Shown here piece by piece: positions 10,471 through 18,662 of a DNA stretch of 64,000 bases. The DNA comes from an uncultured Alphaproteobacteria bacterium. GTDB taxonomy: Bacteria; Pseudomonadota; Alphaproteobacteria; Rhodobacterales; Rhodobacteraceae. The notes under the pieces are model-generated. The model saw only the letters and a program-made list of their open reading frames with translations, did no database searches and was not told the origin of the DNA. Position 1 is the stretch's first letter, and every line of letters begins with the position of its first letter. The position numbers and the translations under genes were made by a program. The DNA lies in NCBI GenBank assembly GCA_963777765.1, contig CAVZRP010000007.1, positions 397,968 to 461,967 of the forward strand, read 5' to 3'.

Positions 10471-10545
10471 CTTTCCCTGCCTGGGGTTTAAGCCCGCAAA
10501 CCTTGGGTTGATGCGCCCGGTCCTAAACCGCGGCTCGATGGCGCG
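10471..10545 (+). promoter_or_regulatory. operator array upstream of the secreted peptide gene
   Basis: GTTTA half-site, then CAAACC-N7-GATG (10497) and TAAACC-N7-GATG (10524). The same layout recurs at 10881-10950. Confidence 0.55.
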
Positions 10546-10614
10546 TCGGCCCCGGATCGTCCCTTCTGGTCCCGCCGCATCGACAGGCGGCGTGAACCCG
10601 AAAGGACCGAACAG

Positions 10615-10833
10615 ATGAAACCGATCCTCACCCAGGCTGCACTCGCTGCGCTGACCGCCACCGGGGCGCTGGCCGCGCTCCCCGCCGCTACTCCGCCGCG
10701 GGACGTGCCTGCCATTACCTCTGCGGCCATCCCAGGGCCCATTTTCGAGGCCCGTCGCGGCCGGGGGGCCGACGATCCGACGGGCCATACCCGGCGAGGG
10801 CGCGGTGCCGACGATCCGGTCGGTCACGGCTGA
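10615..10833 (+). CDS. 72-aa secreted peptide with two RRGRGADDPxGH cassettes
   Basis: aagga RBS, signal-peptide-like N-terminus, and a 12-aa repeat conserved at protein level but varied at synonymous codon positions. Confidence 0.8.
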   Translation: MKPILTQAALAALTATGALAALPAATPPRDVPAITSAAIPGPIFEARRGRGADDPTGHTRRGRGADDPVGHG

Positions 10834-10880
10834 TCATCCCCCAGGGCCGGCAGCCATTCGCGCCGCCGGCCACCTTCGCC

Positions 10881-10950
10881 CGGATAAACCTTCGTTTATC
10901 CGCCCCAACCGGCGGCCTATGCCTTGCGGTGTAAACCCCCGCTGCATGGT
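10881..10950 (+). promoter_or_regulatory. operator array upstream of the PepSY-like gene
   Basis: Perfect palindrome CGGATAAAC-cttc-GTTTATCCG, then CCAACC-N7-TATG (10905) and TAAACC-N7-CATG (10932). Confidence 0.55.
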
Positions 10951-11020
10951 CGCGCCCAAAATCTTGCCATCATCTGGCGGCATCCCGCAGCCATTGCATC
11001 CCACAGACAGGAAGACTCCC

Positions 11021-11583
11021 ATGAAACGCTCACTCACCCTTGCCGTCCTCTTCGCCATCACCGGCGGCGCGGCCCTTGCCGAGATCAACGTCGACAGCCT
11101 TGTCGCCGACTATCAGGCACAGGGCTTCACCCGGATCGAGGTCCGCAACGGCCTGACCCAGACCAAGGTCGAGGCAATCCGTGGCACCGAGAAGCTGGAG
11201 GTCGTGCTGGACCGCGCGACCGGTTCGGTGCTGAAATCCGAAACCGGAACCGTCGATCCCTTCGAGAACACCAGCCCCGGTGTTTCGATCCGCGACCGCA
11301 ACCGCGACTTCGTTCGCAGCGCTTCGGCCGGTGACGACAGTTCCGGCACTGACAGTGCAGATGACGAAAGTGCCGACGACGACAGCCAGGATCATGCGTC
11401 GGGCAGCGATGACGGTGCCGGACATGATGCCGGTGACGATCATGGCGGCGACGACGGGCATGACAGCAGCGGCAGCGCAGCGACAGCTCTGACCACGAGA
11501 GCTCTGACCACGACAGCGAAGGCCACGACGGCGGCAACAGCGGCGGTGGCGACAGCAGCGGCAGTGGCAGCAACGACGACTGA
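11021..11583 (+). CDS. secreted PepSY-like protein with Asp/His/Ser/Gly-rich tail; one base missing near 11477
   Basis: Signal peptide, YQAQGFTRIEV..TKVEAIRG..EVVLDRATGSVLKSE. Restoring one G gives SDSSDHESSDHDSEGHDGG...SNDD*. Confidence 0.8.
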
Positions 11584-11694
11584 AAGAGCCGGTCGACCGG
11601 CGCACCTGCGCCTAGGGCCCGTGTCGCGCTTGCCGCGCGCGGGCCCTTCGCCGATACTCCGGGCGTTCGCGCCCATATATGGGGAGAGGGGCTT

Positions 11695-12273
11695 ATGCTC
11701 CGACGCACTCTTATCCTTGGCCTCGCGCTGTCGTCTGCCTGCGCCTGGCCTGTCCTTGCCCAGGATGTCGTGGCCGATATCACGGCACAACTGCACGACC
11801 AGGGATTCGCACAGGTCGAGACGCAGCGCACCCTGCTCGGCCGGACCCGCATCCTCGCCACCAGCGACATCGGGACGCGCGAGATCATCGTCAACGCCAA
11901 CACCGGCGAGATCCTGCGCGACCTCTGGCAATCCGCCGACGGCGACAGCGACCTCCGCGTGCTGAACCGCGAAACGTCGGCGAGTTCCGGATCGGGCCGC
12001 AGTTCCGGCTCGTCCGATGACAACCGCGGCAGCGACGGCGGCCGCTCGGGCAGTTCAGGCAGCGACGATGGGGGCGGCGACGGGTCCGATTCGCATGGCG
12101 GTTCCGGAAGTGACGATTCCGGCGGCGGCACCTCTGGCGGAGGCTCGAACAGCGGCAGTTCCGGCTCCGGCAGCGGCAGCTCTGGCTCCGGCGGCAGCTC
12201 CGGGTCGGGCTCCGGCGGCAGCGACGGGTCGGGGAATGGGGGCAGCGACGATGGTGGCAGCAAGGATGACTAA
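11695..12273 (+). CDS. secreted PepSY-like protein with Gly/Ser/Asp-rich tail
   Basis: Signal peptide, QLHDQGF..RTLLGRTRILA..REIIVNANTGEILRD, then about 100 aa of G/S/D low complexity. Confidence 0.85.
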   Translation: MLRRTLILGLALSSACAWPVLAQDVVADITAQLHDQGFAQVETQRTLLGRTRILATSDIGTREIIVNANTGEILRDLWQSADGDSDLRVLNRETSASSGSGRSSGSSDDNRGSDGGRSGSSGSDDGGGDGSDSHGGSGSDDSGGGTSGGGSNSGSSGSGSGSSGSGGSSGSGSGGSDGSGNGGSDDGGSKDD

Positions 12274-12309
12274 GCCGGCCATCAACCGAAGCCGCCTGCG
12301 GGACATGGC

Positions 12310-12843
12310 ATGACAGGCCGGATCGTTGTCAGCCTGATCCTCCTGATCCAGGTGGTGTGCTCCACCTTTTTCGTGTCCGACATCCTTGCCTCGGTGTTCG
12401 GCATCCGCGCCACGCCGATCAGCTGGCAATCGCGCGAACTGATCGAGATCGGCGCGGCGGTCGGCCTGATCCTCGGGCTCGTCCTGGGGGCCATCGCGCT
12501 GCGCTCTTCCATGCGCGCGCGCAACCGGGCCGAGGAAAGCCTGCGCCGTGCCTCAGGCGCGTTCATGGACCTGCTCGAGGAGCGCTTCACGGAGTGGGGT
12601 CTGACCCCCGCCGAGCGCGACGTGGCCCTTTTCGCAATCAAGGGCATGTCCACCGCCGAGATTGCGGGCCTCCGCTCCACCTCGGAAGGCACGGTCAAGG
12701 CCCAGACCAACGCAATCTATCGCAAGGCCGGTGTCACCGGTCGCCCGCAGCTGCTCAGCCTTTTCATCGACGATCTGATGCGCGATGACCTCGGCCTTCG
12801 TCCGCCGCTGGAACAGCCCGAGCCGATGCGCGCCAGAGGCTGA
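12310..12843 (+). CDS. membrane-anchored LuxR/GerE-type HTH regulator
   Basis: Two N-terminal TM helices and C-terminal WGLTPAERDVALFAIKGMSTAEIA..SEGTVKAQTNAIYRK; no receiver domain. Confidence 0.9.
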   Translation: MTGRIVVSLILLIQVVCSTFFVSDILASVFGIRATPISWQSRELIEIGAAVGLILGLVLGAIALRSSMRARNRAEESLRRASGAFMDLLEERFTEWGLTPAERDVALFAIKGMSTAEIAGLRSTSEGTVKAQTNAIYRKAGVTGRPQLLSLFIDDLMRDDLGLRPPLEQPEPMRARG

Positions 12844-13025
12844 ACGCCGCCATACAGTTTCTTGAAATGGGACAGTATGGGCTGAACCCGGTCATTGCCC
12901 CAAAGGCCGGAAGGCTTCGCCAATTCGCCATGAATATGCCCGTGCGGGGTCGCGCCCCGACCCTGAAAGCGCCCACGCGGCAGGGTCATTCAAGGCTCGA
13001 AACCAATTGTGACCTGGAGCTTTTC

Positions 13026-13637
13026 ATGACAACTCAAAACTTTACCCGTGCAGCGCTCGCCGCCGCGTTTCTCTTCGCAGCGGGCGCGGCGCAGGCCGCC
13101 GTGCTGCATGACGATAACTTCACCGATGGATCCAACGCGACCGACTACCGCGGCGTCGGGACATTCGATGTCACGTCTCTTGAAGCCGCGCCGCGCACGG
13201 CGGCGTTTTCCTTCATCCTCTTCGGCGCGCGCAGCGTCGACGGCCTAAATGGCTGGGACGATGTCTACAGCTTCGCGCTCAACGGCGTGACGCTGTTCAA
13301 GGCCAGCTTCAACCTCGGCGGCGGTGGCGACAATGCGGTGCTCGAAAATCCCGCTGGTTTCTTGTCCAACCCGATTTCCGGTCCCTACTTCCAGGGCGGC
13401 ACGGCAACCGTCAGCGGTTTCGTCGATCTGGCCGCAGGAACAAACACCTTCACCTTCGGGTTCTCGTCTCCGGGTCCGAACAATGGCGGCAATCAGGGTC
13501 TTGGCGACGAATCCTGGGGCGTGAACCAGTTCGTCGTGGCGGACGCCCCCGCAGCCGTGCCCCTGCCCGCAGCCCTGCCGTTGCTTGGCGCAGCCCTTGC
13601 GGGCCTTGGCTTCATCGCCCGCCGCCGTCGGGCCTGA
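13026..13637 (+). CDS. secreted VPLPA-CTERM sorting-domain protein
   Basis: Signal peptide (AQA|AVL), GDESWG motif, C-terminal AVPLPAALPLLGAALAGLGFIARRRRA. Confidence 0.9.
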   Translation: MTTQNFTRAALAAAFLFAAGAAQAAVLHDDNFTDGSNATDYRGVGTFDVTSLEAAPRTAAFSFILFGARSVDGLNGWDDVYSFALNGVTLFKASFNLGGGGDNAVLENPAGFLSNPISGPYFQGGTATVSGFVDLAAGTNTFTFGFSSPGPNNGGNQGLGDESWGVNQFVVADAPAAVPLPAALPLLGAALAGLGFIARRRRA

Positions 13638-13679
13638 TCCAGCGGACTGTCCGGGCCGCGCTTCGGCGCGGCCCGTCGG

Positions 13680-14051
13680 TCAGCCATCCACTGCATAGAG
13701 CCGGAGTATGTCCAGCGGCACGATCTCCAGCGTGCGCAGGTGGGTGGCGGAAAGCCGAACCCTCGGTGCGGCCCCTTCCTCATGCGCCTGCAGGAAACGC
13801 GCGGCGCACAGGCACCACTGGTCGCCCGGCGTCAGCCCAGCGAAGTTGAACTCCGGCCGCGGCGTCGAAAGATCGTTCCCCAGATACTTCGACAGCGCCA
13901 GAAACTCTGCCGTCATCAACGCGCAGACGGTATGCACACCCCGGTCCATCGGTCCGGTATCGCAGCACCCGTTGCGGAAGAACCCCGTCAGCGGCTCACG
14001 CGAACAGTCCGCAAGCGCCCCCCCGAGGACATTGGTCGAAGCGTCCTTCAT
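13680..14051 (-). CDS. DUF2237 family protein
   Basis: NVLGG.L..CS..PLTGFFRNGCC, H.VCA, GNDLSTP, GDQWCLCAAR. Confidence 0.92.
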   Translation of the reverse strand: MKDASTNVLGGALADCSREPLTGFFRNGCCDTGPMDRGVHTVCALMTAEFLALSKYLGNDLSTPRPEFNFAGLTPGDQWCLCAARFLQAHEEGAAPRVRLSATHLRTLEIVPLDILRLYAVDG

Positions 14052-14070
14052 TTCCGTCCTGCCTCCTGAC

Positions 14071-15177
14071 CTACGGCACGGCTGACAGCAGCAGGAATAC
14101 CACGAAGATCGCCAGATGAACCGCCCCTTGCAGCACCGTCGTCCGACCCGTTCCCAGCGTCAGCGAGCTGACGAACAACGTCAGCACAAGAAGCACCATG
14201 TTCTCGTCCGCCAGCCCCAGGATCAGCTGCTGGTCGGCCACCAGCGAAACGACGGCCACCGTCGGGATCGTCAGCCCGATGCTCGCCACCGCCGATCCCA
14301 GCGCAAGGTTCATGCTGCTTTGCAACCGGTTGCCGAAGGCCGCCTTCACCGCCGCCATCCCTTCGGGCAGCAGCACGACGCCAGCGATCACCACACCGAC
14401 GAAGGCCTGCGGCAGCCCCGCGCCCAGCACAGCCGTCTCCAGCGGCTTGGACAGCAGCTTTGCCAGAAGAACCACCGTGGTCAGCGCAACCAGCAGCAGG
14501 AACAGGCTGGCGATCGAAGTGCGGGTCGAAGGCCGATCCAGATCGGAAACCACATCCGGCCCGCCCATCCCCTTGACGTCCAGAAAATACTCCCGGTGAC
14601 GGATCGTCTGGACAAAAACGAACACCAGATAGAGTGTCAGTGACACCGCCCCGATCACGATCAACTGGCTCGAGGAATAGATCGGCCCCCGCGCCGCCTC
14701 GGTGAAATTGGGCATGACCAGCGACAGCACGGCAAGCGTGCCCAGCACGCCCAGAGTGGCCGAGGCGCCGTCGATGCGAAAGGTTTGCTCGTGATGCTTC
14801 TGCGCCCCCACCACAAGGCACAGGCCCACCACGCCGTTCAACACGATCATCACGGCGGCAAAGACCGTATCTCGCGCCACGGCGTTGCTTCCCGGCGTCT
14901 CTGAAATCAGGATCGACACGATCAGCGCGACCTCGATCACCGTCACGGCGACCGCCAGCAGGATCGAGCCGAACGGCTCGCCCAGCCGCAGCGCCAGAAC
15001 TTCGGCATGATGCACGGCGGCAAAGACTGATCCCGCCAGCAGCACCGCTGCTGCCACCAGCACCCAGCCCGCATCGCCCGGCAGAAAGCCCGCGTGTTTG
15101 GCACCCAATGTCACCGCAGCGGCGATGGGAAGGACCGAGGCCCAAAGTGGTACGGTATCATGGGCCGAATGAGGCAC
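14071..15177 (-). CDS. chaA: Ca2+/H+ antiporter (ChaA/CaCA family)
   Basis: AVHHAEVLA..LGEPFG..LAVAVTVIEV, VLLPEG, NLALGSAVASIGLTIP. Confidence 0.9.
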   Translation of the reverse strand: MPHSAHDTVPLWASVLPIAAAVTLGAKHAGFLPGDAGWVLVAAAVLLAGSVFAAVHHAEVLALRLGEPFGSILLAVAVTVIEVALIVSILISETPGSNAVARDTVFAAVMIVLNGVVGLCLVVGAQKHHEQTFRIDGASATLGVLGTLAVLSLVMPNFTEAARGPIYSSSQLIVIGAVSLTLYLVFVFVQTIRHREYFLDVKGMGGPDVVSDLDRPSTRTSIASLFLLLVALTTVVLLAKLLSKPLETAVLGAGLPQAFVGVVIAGVVLLPEGMAAVKAAFGNRLQSSMNLALGSAVASIGLTIPTVAVVSLVADQQLILGLADENMVLLVLTLFVSSLTLGTGRTTVLQGAVHLAIFVVFLLLSAVP

Positions 15178-15247
15178 GCGGAACTCCTTGCTCTTGGACG
15201 GACGATGGAAGGTGCGTCAGCCACAGGGCAGGGTCAACCGCGCGCGG

Positions 15248-15991
15248 TCATCTGAATCGCTCTGCCAGCCTTTGCAGCATGGTTTTGTGCTCGGTTGCGG
15301 TTTCGGGCGCGGCCTTTTCACTCGGTTCCGTGGCAGCGGCGGGGACGGTGACGGTGACGGGGATGTGGGCCGCACCTGTCTTGGGCTTCTCGCCCGGGGC
15401 CTTCGCTCCGGTCGAGGAACGCGGCGGCGCAACCCGGAGCGCGACCGTGTTCAGGAAAGAGGCACCGTTCCCCGCCGCCAGTGCCGCAGCCCCCTCTGAA
15501 ACACCGCGCAACACGTCGTCCAGCCAGCCAAGCTCGGCCTTGCCGAAATCGTGCAGCACATAGCCTGCCACTGCATCCTTGTGCCCTGGATGCCCGATCC
15601 CCATCCGCACCCGTCCGTAGGCATCGCCCAGGTGCTCGTGGATTGACCGCAGCCCGTTGTGCCCCGCATGTCCCCCGCCCTGCTTCAGGCGCAGCTTGCC
15701 GGGCGCAAGATCCAGCTCGTCGTGGAACACCAGCACATCCGCAGGAGTCAGCTTGAAAAAGCGCATCGCCTCTCCCAGCGACTGCCCCGAGCGGTTCATG
15801 AACGTGCCCGGTTTCAACAGGATCACCTTCTCTCCGGCCAGCACACCCTCGCTGACCGCACCCTGAAACCGCGCGCGCCACGGCGAAAAGCCGTGATCCT
15901 CGGCGATCCGGTCCACGGCCATGAAGCCGATGTTGTGCCGGTGGCCCGCATACTGCGCGCCCGGATTGCCCAGCCCTGCCCAGAGTTTCAT
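15248..15991 (-). CDS. pth: peptidyl-tRNA hydrolase
   Basis: GLGNPG, RHNIGF, FMNRSG, HDELD, GHAGHNGLRS; low-complexity C-terminal extension. Confidence 0.97.
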   Translation of the reverse strand: MKLWAGLGNPGAQYAGHRHNIGFMAVDRIAEDHGFSPWRARFQGAVSEGVLAGEKVILLKPGTFMNRSGQSLGEAMRFFKLTPADVLVFHDELDLAPGKLRLKQGGGHAGHNGLRSIHEHLGDAYGRVRMGIGHPGHKDAVAGYVLHDFGKAELGWLDDVLRGVSEGAAALAAGNGASFLNTVALRVAPPRSSTGAKAPGEKPKTGAAHIPVTVTVPAAATEPSEKAAPETATEHKTMLQRLAERFR

Positions 15992-16112
15992 GCCGCCTCG
16001 CCCCGCTCCCGCGCCCCGCCTTCACATAGGCCGCCCCCGCCCGCGCCGCAACGCTTGACGCGCCCGCCCCCGCGCCACACCCTCACCTGCGACAGCGAAG
16101 GGACAGGCGCAG

Positions 16113-16427
16113 ATGTATCTCACGATGAATCGCTTCAAGGTGAAACCGGGGCAGGAGGACGCGTTCGAAGCCATCTGGACGACCCGGGACAGCAAGCTCA
16201 CCTCGGTCGCGGGCTTCGTCTCCTTCCACTTGTTCAAGGGCCACGAAAAGGACGGCTACCGCCTCTATGCCTCGCACACCCTCTGGGCCAGCGAACAGGC
16301 CTTCACCGACTGGACAAAATCCGAAGCCTTCCGCAGCGCCCATCGCGGGGCGGGGGCGCATGGCGATATCTACCTCGGTCCGCCGGAGCTGGAGATCTTC
16401 CGGTCCGTCCAGCACATCGGCGCGTGA
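16113..16427 (+). CDS. ABM-family monooxygenase, IsdG/HmuQ-like (putative haem-degrading)
   Basis: MNRF, GFVSFHL, WTKSEAFRSAH; keeps the Asn/Trp/His triad of IsdG-type enzymes. Confidence 0.85.
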   Translation: MYLTMNRFKVKPGQEDAFEAIWTTRDSKLTSVAGFVSFHLFKGHEKDGYRLYASHTLWASEQAFTDWTKSEAFRSAHRGAGAHGDIYLGPPELEIFRSVQHIGA

Positions 16428-16430
16428 AAC

Positions 16431-16465
16431 GAAAGGCGCGCGAGGGTTCCCCCCCGCGCGCCCCG
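16431..16465. terminator. stem-loop between convergent ABM gene and rplY
   Basis: ggcgcgcg...cgcgcgcc inverted repeat preceded by an A-run. Confidence 0.55.
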
Positions 16466-16488
16466 TCTCTCCGAACCGTCAGGTCCGA

Positions 16489-17094
16489 TTATTCCGCGTC
16501 TTCAGCGTTGTCTTCCGACCGCAACCCCGACGGCGCCGAGATGTTCGCGATCACGAAGTTCCGGTCGATCGTCGGCGCAGCGCCCGCCGGCAGTTCCACA
16601 TCGTTGATGTGAATCACGTCGCCGATCTGCTTGCCCGTCAGGTCCACCGTGATGTGGTCGGGAATTTCCCCCGCCGTCACTTCCAGCTCCACCTCGGGGC
16701 GCACCACGGTCAGCGTGCCGCCGCGCTTGATGCCCGGAGCAGCCTCGTGGTTGATGAAGGTCACGTGGATGAACAGGTTCACCCGGCTCGTCCCGCGCAG
16801 GCGCATGAAATCGACATGCGTCGGGACGTCCTTCACCACGTCGCGCTGCACGCCGCGGCAGATCACGCGCACGTCGTCCTGGCCCTCGACCTTGAGGTTG
16901 AAGAGCGTCGACAGGAAGCGGCCCTGCTTCAGCCGCTTCAGCAGCGTGTTGTAGTTGATGTTGATGGCCACCGGATCCTTGTGGTCGCCATAAACAATTC
17001 CGGGTACGTAGCCCTCACGACGAGCTTGACGAGCGGCCCCCTTGCCTGTCCCCGTCCGTACCTCGGCGTGAAAATCAGGGATTTCACCAGCCAT
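16489..17094 (-). CDS. rplY: 50S ribosomal protein L25/general stress protein Ctc
   Basis: [32 protein letters not shown]; next to pth. Confidence 0.97.
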   Translation of the reverse strand: MAGEIPDFHAEVRTGTGKGAARQARREGYVPGIVYGDHKDPVAININYNTLLKRLKQGRFLSTLFNLKVEGQDDVRVICRGVQRDVVKDVPTHVDFMRLRGTSRVNLFIHVTFINHEAAPGIKRGGTLTVVRPEVELEVTAGEIPDHITVDLTGKQIGDVIHINDVELPAGAAPTIDRNFVIANISAPSGLRSEDNAEDAE

Positions 17095-17281
17095 TTGAGG
17101 TTCTCCATAGGTTAAGTCCGCCGCCCTCCAAGGGTGCGCGGCGCGACCGGGGGGCTATAGCGGGGAATCCTTCGGTTGGAAACCCCCGAAAGCGTCGGCC
17201 CCGGCGGGCGGCGCGTCGGCGGCGGGCTTGCCCCGCGCGCCGCCCCGGTCTACCTCCGGGCACAGCATTGCCGAGGCCCCC

Positions 17282-18442
17282 ATGACCGCCCTCACCACCT
17301 TTCGCATCGCCCGCCCGGCGGTCGCTGCATTCGCCGCGATGGGTGTGGTCTGGGGCACGTTCGCCGCCGTTCTGCCGGATCTCAAGACCATGCTCGACGT
17401 GGACGAAAGCCGCCTCGGCCTGCTGATGCTGTTCACCCCGATCGCCGCCGTCTGCGCCATGCTGCTGGCACCTGCCGCAGGTGTCGCCCTCGGCCGCGTC
17501 GCCCTGCCGACAGCGGCTGTCACCATGGCAACCGTGTTCGCCATTCCGGGGCAGGTCGATGTGATCTGGCTGTTTCCCTTCGCCATGATGCTGTGCGGGG
17601 CTGCCACCGGACTGACCGACGTGCTGATGAACGCGCGCGTCGCCGCCCTGGAGAACGAGCGGAACCTGCATCTGATGAACCTTTGCCACGCCGCCTATTC
17701 CTTCGGCTATGCAGGCGGCGCACTGGGCACCGGCGCGATGCGCAATGCGAGCTTGCCGCCGGGCTGGGTCATGGGGACCATGGCCCTTGTCGCCCTTGCC
17801 CTCGCGCTCTGCACGCTCGAACGCGACGGCACGATCCACGGCCTGCGCCGACCGAAGGACGGCACGCCGGGCCACCTCGGCCTGATCCCCGTGATCGGCG
17901 GGGCCATCGTGCTGATCGCCTTCATGACCGAGAACGCGGCCGAAAACTGGTCGGCGCTGCATATCGAGAAAACTCTGGGCGGCTCACCCGTCCAAGGCTC
18001 GATGGGGCCTGCGGCACTGGCCCTGACCATGGGGTTTGCGCGCCTGGCGGGGCAGGGCATCGCGGGGCGGGTCGATCCGTTCCTGCTGCTGCGCGGGGGT
18101 GCGCTGATCTCGGCCTGCGGTGCGGTGATCGCGGCCGCTGCCACCAGCCCGGCCATGGCCTATGCCGGGTTCATCGTGATGGGCATCGGCTCGTCGGTGA
18201 TCGCGCCCACCGCGTTCTCGCTGGTGGGTCGGCTGGCGGACCCTGCGGCGCGCGCCCGCGCCGTGGCCCGCGCCACGCTGCTCGGCTACTTCGGCTATTT
18301 CTTCGGACCGCCGACGCTGGGTTTCATCGCCGGAGCGTTCGGGCTCCGCATGTCGTTCGTGTTTGCTGCCGCCATGCTGCTGATGGTTCTGGTGCTGGCC
18401 CCGGTTATGGCGCGGGTAAGGGCGGGGGTTCAGGCGGCATAG
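17282..18442 (+). CDS. MFS transporter
   Basis: About 12 hydrophobic segments; DVLMNARV and ENAAENWSAL motifs. Confidence 0.9.
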   Translation: MTALTTFRIARPAVAAFAAMGVVWGTFAAVLPDLKTMLDVDESRLGLLMLFTPIAAVCAMLLAPAAGVALGRVALPTAAVTMATVFAIPGQVDVIWLFPFAMMLCGAATGLTDVLMNARVAALENERNLHLMNLCHAAYSFGYAGGALGTGAMRNASLPPGWVMGTMALVALALALCTLERDGTIHGLRRPKDGTPGHLGLIPVIGGAIVLIAFMTENAAENWSALHIEKTLGGSPVQGSMGPAALALTMGFARLAGQGIAGRVDPFLLLRGGALISACGAVIAAAATSPAMAYAGFIVMGIGSSVIAPTAFSLVGRLADPAARARAVARATLLGYFGYFFGPPTLGFIAGAFGLRMSFVFAAAMLLMVLVLAPVMARVRAGVQAA

Positions 18443-18660
18443 AGGGTTCTGGCAGCGATCCGATTGCCTAAGGGCGAATGCCCGAAGGCAAGGGGTTCTC
18501 TACCACCCGACAGTGCCAATCCGACCGCGCCTGCTCAGGGCAGGCAGGCGCAGACGGATTTGACGCGGGACAAATCCGCAGGGAAAGGAAGTTTCCCGCT
18601 CAGCGATACGTTGCCGATCAGGTGCCTTTCGCGTGCCTCGCAGCCCCCCGAAAAGCCCTC
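18443..18660. repeat. multi-hairpin intergenic element (candidate MITE/REP cluster or sRNA)
   Basis: Four consecutive stems: ttgcct/aggcaa, gcgcctgc/gcaggcgc, cggatttg/caaatccg, gggaaa/tttccc. Confidence 0.45.
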
Positions 18661-18662
18661 CC

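Noticed and set aside
11980-12270. CRISPR or DNA tandem array
   Set aside because: The repetitiveness is Gly/Ser codon low complexity; there is no fixed repeat-spacer period and no cas genes.
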